DNA of 32,000 nt from NCBI GenBank assembly GCA_000091165.1, contig FP565575.1, positions 2,610,001 to 2,642,000 on the forward strand, given 5' to 3'. The notes below the pieces were generated by a model. That model made no database searches, was not told the origin of the DNA, and saw only the letters and a program-made list of their open reading frames with translations. Made by a program: the position numbers and the translations under genes. Positions 26,130 through 32,000 of this stretch are shown in pieces; the stretch's first letter is position 1, and every line of letters begins with the position of its first letter. Source of the DNA: Candidatus Methylomirabilis oxygeniifera (GTDB taxonomy: Bacteria > Methylomirabilota > Methylomirabilia > Methylomirabilales > Methylomirabilaceae).

Positions 26130-26188
26130 AGGCTGAAGGTAGATAGACTGAAGGTTTCGAGAATTCTTAAGCCTTCAGTCTTCAGCCT
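26130..26188 (+). terminator. long imperfect hairpin after ilvD built from CTGAAGG/CCTTCAG units (possible terminator)
   Basis: agactgaagg (26145-26154) pairs perfectly with ccttcagtct (26072+100 = 26172-26181), and aggctga (26130-26136) pairs with tcagcct (26182-26188). The loop contains the AGAATTCT palindrome. It is followed by ...ctgctttt, which is not a strong U-tract. Confidence 0.4.
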
Positions 26189-26224
26189 GACCACCTGCTT
26201 TTAACGTTGAGGGCTGCTGTTAAA

Positions 26225-26860
26225 ATGGAATGGCTCTGGAGTCTCTTTCACACCGTCTATGATGTAGAAGGCCTGGTCCGCGTCGGCGGCCTCATGGCGC
26301 TTATCGTCATCGTCTTTGCGGAGACCGGCCTTCTGATCGGCTTTTTTCTGCCCGGTGACTCTCTGCTGGTTACGGCTGGACTGTTCGCGGTCAGCGGCCA
26401 TCTGGAACTGTGGAGTCTGTTCCTGTTTGTCAGCCTGGCCGCTATTGTGGGCGATGCAGTCGGCTACTTTATTGGGGTGAGAACCGGTCCCAGAATCTTC
26501 TCCAGAGAAGATTCCCTCCTCTTTCACAAGAAACACCTCATCAGTACCAAAGAGTTCTACGATCGCCATGGCGGCATCACCATCGTTCTTGCCCGGTTCA
26601 TGCCGATCCTCCGCACCTTTGCGCCCGTCGTGGCGGGGGTCGGCAATATGCAGTACGGTCGATTCGCCCTCTATAACGTGATGGGTGGGATCGGATGGGT
26701 CGTCAGCATGACCTCCATCGGCTATTTCCTGGGTAAGACCATCCCGGATATCGATCGATATATCCACGTGGTCATTGCCGCAGTGATCCTACTTTCCTTG
26801 ATTCCCGGGGTGATCGCATTTCTGCGAAGCAGGCGGCGGGTTCGCACGCTTTCTCTATAG
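26225..26860 (+). CDS. dedA: DedA family membrane protein
   Basis: ATG at 26225. FAETGLLIGFFLPGDSLLVTAGLFA, GDAVGYFIG and VLARFMPILRTFAPVVAGV are DedA/SNARE-associated signatures. Confidence 0.85.
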   Translation: MEWLWSLFHTVYDVEGLVRVGGLMALIVIVFAETGLLIGFFLPGDSLLVTAGLFAVSGHLELWSLFLFVSLAAIVGDAVGYFIGVRTGPRIFSREDSLLFHKKHLISTKEFYDRHGGITIVLARFMPILRTFAPVVAGVGNMQYGRFALYNVMGGIGWVVSMTSIGYFLGKTIPDIDRYIHVVIAAVILLSLIPGVIAFLRSRRRVRTLSL

Positions 26861-27004
26861 CCCCCCATGGGTACGGAAGCCATGAGCCTTCAGCGGTCAG
26901 CTATCAGCTTTTTCAGTCCGTTCTCTGCTTTTTATGAGGCCAAGAGATGAATTATGATCGTTAAACGCTAGTTATCGAACTTTTCTGGACTTTTCTCCAA
27001 TGTG

Positions 27005-27042
27005 GCCTCACCCTGTCAATCTAGTGAGGCTGCTGTTTTTTT
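27005..27042 (+). terminator. rho-independent terminator-like hairpin, 145 nt downstream of dedA
   Basis: GCCTCAC (27005-27011), a 12-nt loop, GTGAGGC (27024-27030), then tgctg and T7 (27036-42). No annotated gene ends directly at it. Confidence 0.5.
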
Positions 27043-27241
27043 AGGCTTGCCTCGCTTCAAGAGGCGGGTTATCTTTACTCTGTACTCGCTCCACGCGAAC
27101 CTCTCTTTGCGGACGATCATCCGAGACAATACCGATAGCGACGAGTTCTTTACCGTTTGGGACGCCGCAGTATAAGATTTTCCTGTCATCATGATGGCTG
27201 GGCCCGCCCTCTTCACGCGGTATCGATGATGGTTGACGGCA

Positions 27242-27772
27242 ATGGATCTATATCTTAGCGAGAATGCCTTCGTCGGACTGTTGGTCTCGACGATCGAGGT
27301 CTATCGAAAGGAATGCTTCGGTGTGCTCCTGGGCCAGGTGACGTCCGACCGGGTTCTGGTCGATTTCGTCGTGCCGTACCAGACGGCCAACCGGAAGTTC
27401 CGCGAGGTACACGTCGATCTGATGCGGAGTCAACGGGTCGAGGAGGCCGTCAGGAGCACCTCGCGCTGGGAGTGTGTGGGCGACTACCACTCCCACCCGA
27501 TGTACGGCACAGCCAGGGCGACCACGACGCTGAGTGCGGTCGATCGAAAGTTCTTCAAGGATGAGAATATCGCGATTGTCGTGGCCATTAACGATTCGGC
27601 GCGGCAGCAGCGGTGGAGCTACGTGCGGGGCGGTGGTGTGTCCGGCAGTATTAACGGGTACAATATCCGGATCGCAGGTTACCACAAGGCAAACGGGACC
27701 ATCGAGCGAGCGCCGGTCCACTGCCCGTATGCCATTGGGTTTCAGGCCAAGGAGTTGAACAACAAGGAGTGA
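27242..27772 (+). CDS. JAB/MPN+ (JAMM) family metallopeptidase, stand-alone
   Basis: Complete JAMM signature: RKECFGVLLG (Glu), GDYHSHP (HxH), LSAVD (SxxD). ATG 27242 is preferred; the ORF track uses TTG 27233. The stop TGA 27770-72 abuts the next ATG. Confidence 0.7.
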   Translation: MDLYLSENAFVGLLVSTIEVYRKECFGVLLGQVTSDRVLVDFVVPYQTANRKFREVHVDLMRSQRVEEAVRSTSRWECVGDYHSHPMYGTARATTTLSAVDRKFFKDENIAIVVAINDSARQQRWSYVRGGGVSGSINGYNIRIAGYHKANGTIERAPVHCPYAIGFQAKELNNKE

Positions 27773-28624
27773 ATGGTCGCCATGGCCATGCGCTCGCACG
27801 CGCAGCTCAAGGCACTCCTGGATGAGTTGTATCACCGCTATAGTCGGCCTGCCTTTCTCTCAACCGACCCTATCAGCATTCCCCATGAATATCGTTGCCC
27901 GGACGACCGCGAGATCGCAGCCTTCGTCGCCGCCTCTCTTGCCTATGGCAACGTCAAGCAGATCCACCGCAGCGCTACGGCCGCGCTCGAGGCGATGGGG
28001 AAGAGCCCGGCCCGGTTCATCCGGCGATTCGATCCAGCCCGGGATCCGGCGCGGCTCCGACACGTTGTCCACCGTTTCAACTCGGGTGTCGATCTGGCGA
28101 TTCTCTGCTATCTCCTCTGTCAGGCGATTGCAACAGCAGGATCGCTTCAGGCCTTCTTTCTCAAAGGGCATGATCCCGTTCACGACGATATCGAGCCTGC
28201 CCTGACCAGCTTTGTTGAGCGGATGCTGTCGCTGGATGTCTCGCCGTTCTACCCTTCCGGCATACTTCCGGCAAAGGCCGGCGTCCGCTTCTTTTTCCCC
28301 TCGCCGGCGGGAGGGTCAGCCTGCAAGCGTCTCAATCTATTCTTGCGCTGGATGGTGCGTCGCGACGATGCGATCGATTTCGGGCTCTGGACAGAGGTCT
28401 CACCGGCGAAGCTGATCGTACCCCTCGATACGCATGTCGCGCGGATCGCGCGACAACTCGGCCTGACCAGGATCAAGCAGGCCAACTGGCGAATGGCCAC
28501 AGAGGTGACGCGACGGCTCCGAGCGTTCGATCCAGAGGATCCCGTAAAGTACGACTTCGCCCTCTGCCGCCTCGGTATCCTGAAGCAGCCGATCCCAGAC
28601 CACCGCCAAGCCCGGTTAACCTGA
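27773..28624 (+). CDS. TIGR02757/DUF2400 family protein; HhH-GPD DNA-glycosylase-like by motif
   Basis: AAGGAG RBS inside the end of the JAB gene. ASLAYGNVKQI, GGSACKRLNLFLRWMVRRD, LIVPLDTHVARIARQLGL and DPVKYDFALCRLG match my recollection of TIGR02757. PLDTHVxR....LGL parallels endonuclease III VDTHIFRV (catalytic Asp segment). Confidence 0.6.
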   Translation: MVAMAMRSHAQLKALLDELYHRYSRPAFLSTDPISIPHEYRCPDDREIAAFVAASLAYGNVKQIHRSATAALEAMGKSPARFIRRFDPARDPARLRHVVHRFNSGVDLAILCYLLCQAIATAGSLQAFFLKGHDPVHDDIEPALTSFVERMLSLDVSPFYPSGILPAKAGVRFFFPSPAGGSACKRLNLFLRWMVRRDDAIDFGLWTEVSPAKLIVPLDTHVARIARQLGLTRIKQANWRMATEVTRRLRAFDPEDPVKYDFALCRLGILKQPIPDHRQARLT

Positions 28625-28729
28625 CAGGTGTGAATAGGCTGTGAGATGCAGGCTCTAGTGGGCGCCGAATAACGCTTGACCACCGGATGAATATGTCGTA
28701 CGGTATGACGTACGATTTCTGCTCTAGTC

Positions 28730-28794
28730 CGTCATTCCGTGCTTGACACGGAATCCAGTCGGGTTCTCTGGATACCGGCTTTCGCCGGCATGAC
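28730..28794. repeat. CGTCATT-family multi-hairpin intergenic element, copy 3 (compact form)
   Basis: cgtcattccgtgcttgacacggaatccagtcgggttctctggataccggctttcgccggcatgac. Three consecutive hairpins (ATTCCG/CGGAAT, ATCCAG/CTGGAT, CCGGC/GCCGG) are flanked by GTCAT/ATGAC. Confidence 0.8.
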
Positions 28795-28815
28795 AAACTT
28801 GCGGTAAGCCGCAAA

Positions 28816-28825
28816 GAATCGATTC
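28816..28825. promoter_or_regulatory. perfect 10-bp palindrome GAATCGATTC 23 nt upstream of the yefM ATG; candidate operator
   Basis: Read directly. It lies between the repeat element at 28730-28794 and the GAAAGGA RBS. Confidence 0.3.
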
Positions 28826-28847
28826 TCTACAGATTGAAAGGACCGAT

Positions 28848-29090
28848 ATGACCAGCATCACAGCTACTGAGGCTCGAAAAAGACTGTACGCGCTCCTGGA
28901 CGATGTCGCCGATTCCCATGAACCCATCCAGATCGCCGGCAAGCGCCATTCCGCAGTGCTCGTGTCGGAAGCCGACTGGCGCGCCATCCAGGAGACGCTG
29001 TACCTGGATGCCATCCCAGGAATGCGCGCCTCGATTCGCAAGGGCTTGAAAACCCCCGTCGAGAAGTGTCACGAGGAGCTTGATTGGTAA
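28848..29090 (+). CDS. yefM: Phd/YefM family antitoxin
   Basis: ITATEARKRLYALLDDVADSHEPIQIAGKRHSAVLVSEADWRAIQETLYL is a canonical YefM N-terminal domain. 80 aa. Confidence 0.85.
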   Translation: MTSITATEARKRLYALLDDVADSHEPIQIAGKRHSAVLVSEADWRAIQETLYLDAIPGMRASIRKGLKTPVEKCHEELDW

Positions 29091-29350
29091 GATGGAAGCT
29101 CGTCTATACCGGCCAGGCGAGGCGTGATGCCAAGAAGCTGGCGCGTTCGGGACTTAAACTGCAAGCTGAGCGCCTCCTAAAAATCCTCGAACGGAATCCC
29201 TACCAGAATCCGCCTCCATTCGAACGACTCGTTGGGGACCTTGCCGGCGCCTTATCTCGCAGGATCAGCATTCAACATAGGCTCGTGTACCAAGTGCTAA
29301 ACGACATCAAGACCGTCAAGATCATCCGTCTATGGACCCATTACGAATGA
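29084..29350 (+). CDS. yoeB: Txe/YoeB family mRNA interferase toxin
   Basis: The TTG start overlaps the yefM end. KLVYTGQARRDAKKL...LLKILERNPYQNPPPFERLVGDLAGALSRRISIQHRLVYQV...VKIIRLWTHYE; the C-terminal HY(E) is typical of YoeB. Confidence 0.85.
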   Translation: MVRWKLVYTGQARRDAKKLARSGLKLQAERLLKILERNPYQNPPPFERLVGDLAGALSRRISIQHRLVYQVLNDIKTVKIIRLWTHYE

Positions 29351-29526
29351 CCCATCATCGTGCGTCGGCAATGACTGCGCCTGAAACATATTGGCAAGCT
29401 CCTCGAACGGCAGCATCGCTACAGACCTTGGAGTTCCAAGAACGTATTAGGCCGACCAGTCCAATATCGATAGCCTGACTAGGCTAATCGCTGGTTGAGC
29501 ACGTAACTGATAGATGTGGGGGAGTT

Positions 29527-30057
29527 ATGGCAGATCCTGTTAATGGTGGGGCTATAGGTGCGGAGAGCGGGAAGAGGGATATGAATGATGCTGACAAGAT
29601 ACCGTGCAACTGTTGCAGAGAGCTAATAACAAAATGGGCACCCGTGTGCTACCATTGCGGGAGAAATCAAAAACCTCTGATGCGCTATCTGACTGCGGCA
29701 CCCGTGATGATATCTCTCACTTTAGTAGTGTTATCATGGTTTCAATTCTCTGAAGCTAGGCGTCAAAGACAAAGTGCTGATGTAGCCCTTCTTAGAGCAG
29801 AGGCCACCGAGCGTAGGGAGGAACAAATAGCGAAAGCCACCAATGCAGCACTTGGTAGAGCCGAGGCCGCCGAGCGCTGTGTAACCAAAATCGCGAAAAC
29901 TGCGATTCCGATTTTTGAGTCTCTTTTAGAATCAAAAGGCACTTTCGGCACTTACTCGTCGAAGGAAATGGGGAAACTGCTAAAGCCATTTAAGAATGCA
30001 ATAACTGAATGCTCAGAAAGCCGAACCGGGCCTGTAGAGACTTTATTAAAGAATTGA
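29527..30057 (+). CDS. hypothetical protein: N-terminal zinc ribbon, one TM helix, repeat-containing coiled-coil C-terminus
   Basis: GGGGGAG RBS. CNCC-x11-CYHC zinc ribbon, TM YLTAAPVMISLTLVVLSWFQF, and an internal duplication LLRAEATERREEQIAKAT / LGRAEAAERCVTKIAKTA. Hand-counted lines are 42-43% G+C versus about 60% in core genes. Confidence 0.5.
   Translation: MADPVNGGAIGAESGKRDMNDADKIPCNCCRELITKWAPVCYHCGRNQKPLMRYLTAAPVMISLTLVVLSWFQFSEARRQRQSADVALLRAEATERREEQIAKATNAALGRAEAAERCVTKIAKTAIPIFESLLESKGTFGTYSSKEMGKLLKPFKNAITECSESRTGPVETLLKN
29788..29904 (+). repeat. in-frame tandem duplication (period 63 nt) inside the zinc-ribbon protein gene
   Basis: cttcttagagcagaggccaccgagcgt... versus cttggtagagccgaggccgccgagcgc... 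11 of 18 encoded residues are identical. Confidence 0.7.
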
Positions 30058-30156
30058 CCTGCTGCGTGGTCCAGCTAATCGCGTGATTTTCACGTACTGG
30101 ATGACCTTGGTGTGGACCAAAGTGAAAGCCGAATCAGATTCTCTTATACCATACCC

Positions 30157-30888
30157 ATGAAACAGGATGACATATTGCGGAATCTTTCGGCGCGGGCCGG
30201 TCGGGCGGTGGCCCATTACTGGGCAACCAGGGCTGCCCAACGAGACAGGCAGAAGCAGACCGGAAAGGCCGATCAGGGGCTGCGCAGCGCTGTGACCGGC
30301 GGAGCGCAGATGGATGGATTCATTGACCTCTTCACCGAACTCATTACGGCCGCCGGGATACCTGCGCGGTACATCTTTCGGAGCAAGGACGTGGAGCTTC
30401 CGGGATTCTTCCGTCCCACCAAGGAATGGGACCTGCTCGTCATCCGCGAGAAAACGCTACTCATTGCCATTGAAGCTAAGTCACAGGTCGGACCGTCGTT
30501 CGGCAACAACTTCAACAACCGAACCGAGGAGGCGATGGGAAGCGCGCTCGACCTCTGGACCGCGTATCGGGAACATGCCTACCTCGCAAGTCCTCAACCG
30601 TTCCTCGGCTACTTCTTCATGTTGGAGGACTGCGATGCCTCCAACAACCCGGTGAAAGTGCGGGAACCGCACTTCAAGGTTTTTCCGGAGTTTGTCGGCG
30701 CGTCGTATTGTCGTCGGTACGAACTCTTCTGCCGAAAGCTTGTGCTTGAGCGATACTACACAACATCAGCGTTCATCACCTCGACGGCCAGCGACGGTAG
30801 CAGGGGCCTGTTTTCAACGCCGGCGGACGACCTCTCGCTTGAGCGTTTCGCCAAGATTCTTGTCGGCCATTTGGCGGCCTTTGTGTGA
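30157..30888 (+). CDS. type II restriction endonuclease, PaeR7I/XhoI-like (PD-(D/E)xK)
   Basis: ATG 30157 (MKQDDILRNL). WDLLVIREKTLLIAIEAKSQ gives D...ExK. SQVGPSFGNNFNNRTEEAMGSALDLWTAYRE and PHFKVFPEF match my recollection of the PaeR7I/XhoI family. It sits directly upstream of a methyltransferase. Confidence 0.55.
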   Translation: MKQDDILRNLSARAGRAVAHYWATRAAQRDRQKQTGKADQGLRSAVTGGAQMDGFIDLFTELITAAGIPARYIFRSKDVELPGFFRPTKEWDLLVIREKTLLIAIEAKSQVGPSFGNNFNNRTEEAMGSALDLWTAYREHAYLASPQPFLGYFFMLEDCDASNNPVKVREPHFKVFPEFVGASYCRRYELFCRKLVLERYYTTSAFITSTASDGSRGLFSTPADDLSLERFAKILVGHLAAFV

Positions 30889-30892
30889 CCAG

Positions 30893-31801
30893 ATGGGAAC
30901 AACGATGCACAGGCTGATCAACGGGGATTCGCGGGACCTCTCGTTCCTGCCGGACGCATCAGTCCATCTTATCGTCACGTCACCGCCGTACTGGAATCTC
31001 AAGCGGTATAACGAGAATCCGGACCAGCTTGGGCACATTCAGGAGTACGAAGCCTTCCTGTTTGAGTTGGAGAAGGTCTGGCGGCATGTCTACCGAATTC
31101 TCGTGCCCGGCGGTCGTTTAGTCTGCGTGGTCGGAGATGTGTGCGTTGCTCGGCGCGATTTTGGCCGGCACCTGGTTTTTCCACTGCATGCCGATATTTG
31201 CGTCGTATGCCGGCGGATCGGATTTGATAACTTAAACCCGATCATCTGGCACAAGATCGCTAACGCCTCCTATGAAGTTGAGAACGGGTCCAAGTTTCTT
31301 GGGAAGCCGTACGAGCCGAACGCCATCATCAAGAATGATATGGAATTCATCCTGATGCAGCGAAAACCCGGCGGGTACAGAAAGCCAACGAATCAACAGC
31401 GTGATGCAAGCCGAATCCGGAAAGATGACTTTGGCCAATGGTTTCAGCAGATATGGACTATCCCAGGCGCTTCGACTAAACAGCATCCCGCACCGTTCCC
31501 ATTGGAACTTGCCACCCGTCTGATTCGTATGTTCTCCTTCACGGGCGACACCGTCTTAGATCCTTTTTGCGGTTCCGGGACCACAATGATTGCGGCTCTG
31601 CGGACAGGCCGAAACAGCATCGGCGTTGAGATCGATCCGGAGTATTGCCGAATGGCTGCACGCTACCTCAAAGCTGAGGCCGGCGATCTTTTCTCGACCG
31701 TCCAGCTCCTGTTTGAAAAGACGGCCACCGAAACAGCGAGCCTTGTCAAGGAAGATCACGCTCTCTACGAAGTTCGACCAGCGAGGAAAAAACTCGAATA
31801 G
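30893..31801 (+). CDS. DNA methyltransferase, beta-class (motif IV before motif I), SPPY type (N4-cytosine or N6-adenine)
   Basis: The ATG at 30893 lies 4 nt after the REase stop (an alternative ATG is 30905). Motif IV is HLIVTSPPYWNLKRY and motif I is VLDPFCGSGTTMIAA. The ORF-track start at 30692 overlaps the REase gene and is rejected. Confidence 0.85.
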   Translation: MGTTMHRLINGDSRDLSFLPDASVHLIVTSPPYWNLKRYNENPDQLGHIQEYEAFLFELEKVWRHVYRILVPGGRLVCVVGDVCVARRDFGRHLVFPLHADICVVCRRIGFDNLNPIIWHKIANASYEVENGSKFLGKPYEPNAIIKNDMEFILMQRKPGGYRKPTNQQRDASRIRKDDFGQWFQQIWTIPGASTKQHPAPFPLELATRLIRMFSFTGDTVLDPFCGSGTTMIAALRTGRNSIGVEIDPEYCRMAARYLKAEAGDLFSTVQLLFEKTATETASLVKEDHALYEVRPARKKLE

Positions 31802-31840
31802 GCCAACAAGCACATGCGGCGGGCGGTGGTGATGGCCGGG

Positions 31841-32000
31841 TTAACGCTCCAGGGCCAGGACGCTGAGTATTTCATTATGGAGCAGGCTGTTACTGGCTAC
31901 AATCTGTGGATTCGAAAGGACATATGGTCTGCCGCGAAGATCGGTGACCCGCCCGCCCGCCTCTGTTGCCATCAGCGAACCCGCCGCTATGTGCGGATAC
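31841..32000 (-). CDS. inositol monophosphatase family protein, C-terminal 53 aa (gene enters from the right edge)
   Basis: Not in the ORF track. Manual translation gives ..YPHIAAGSLMATEAGGRVTDLRGRPYVLSNPQIVASNSLLHNEILSVLALER*, which resembles the IMPase/SuhB C-terminal (W)DxAAGxLxxxEAGGxVTD block. The usual Asp is His here. Confidence 0.55.
   Translation of the reverse strand, partial: YPHIAAGSLMATEAGGRVTDLRGRPYVLSNPQIVASNSLLHNEILSVLALER

Noticed and set aside
27016-27216. 66-aa minus-strand ORF divergent from the JAB gene
   Set aside because: It has no recognisable motif, its 3' end overlaps a plus-strand terminator stem, and only about 25 bp would separate it from the JAB start. I keep it only as a note within the spacer finding.
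26861-31840. Classifying the islet as an integrative mobile element or prophage remnant
   Set aside because: No integrase, transposase, tRNA target or flanking direct repeats could be found, so only compositional and contextual evidence for horizontal origin exists.
1-32000. tRNA, rRNA, tmRNA or RNase P genes in intergenic gaps
   Set aside because: I inspected all gaps longer than 60 bp by eye. No cloverleaf-compatible sequence (for example a GTTCGAATC-type T-arm with a matching acceptor stem) or rRNA-like segment was found. A tRNAscan/Infernal run would be needed to be certain.
31841-32000. His replacing the conserved Asp in the IMPase (W)D-x-AAG block as evidence of an inactive paralogue
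   Set aside because: Only 53 residues are visible and the alignment is from memory, which is insufficient to interpret.

Overview
The window is about 32 kb of a moderately GC-rich bacterial chromosome. Hand-counted core lines are about 60% G+C. All protein calls rest on motifs I recognise in the translations; no searches were run.

I support 30 complete and 2 edge-truncated protein genes. I found no rRNA, tRNA, CRISPR array, integrase or transposase. The ORF track omits both edge-truncated genes: glnD at the left edge and an inositol-monophosphatase-like C-terminus at the right edge.

Bases 1 to about 26860 are housekeeping and metabolic genes:
- Regulation and envelope: glnD, a NIT-domain orphan sensor kinase, pgeF, yjbQ, kdsB (implies an LPS-bearing diderm), a TerC-family protein and a DedA-family protein.
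- Heme-related: a HemJ/CopD-like membrane protein, an IsdG-type heme monooxygenase, and a heme cluster made of a HemD-HemE fusion, hemH and hemY.
- Other metabolism: a Bem46-like hydrolase, an adenosine/adenine deaminase, a stand-alone EgtB-like sulfoxide synthase, an acyl-CoA dehydrogenase plus CaiB-type CoA-transferase pair, an orphan GlcF-like Fe-S protein and ilvD.
- Unusual or accessory: an in-frame CbiX-chelatase/NUDIX fusion coupled to a J-domain protein, a vapBC toxin-antitoxin pair and a PD40-like lipoprotein.

Bases about 26861 to 31840 look like an accessory or defence islet. In order it contains:
- an orphan terminator;
- a translationally coupled JAB/MPN metalloprotease plus TIGR02757/DUF2400 pair, where the second protein looks like an HhH-GPD glycosylase;
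- a yefM-yoeB toxin-antitoxin pair;
- a low-GC gene for a zinc-ribbon/TM/coiled-coil protein;
- a type II restriction-modification system (PaeR7I/XhoI-like nuclease plus a beta-class SPPY methyltransferase).

The JAB plus DUF2400 pair is my best candidate for an undescribed system.

Intergenic DNA is unusually rich in several families of structured repeats: CGTCATT-terminated multi-hairpin elements, CCCCCTTT/AAAGGGGG hairpin clusters, TTGAGT/ACTCAA 9-mer palindromic arrays, and GTCAGC/CTGAAGG motifs. These repeats produce spurious ORFs in the six-frame track. They are reminiscent of uncultivated soil or sediment lineages, but that taxonomic guess is speculative.
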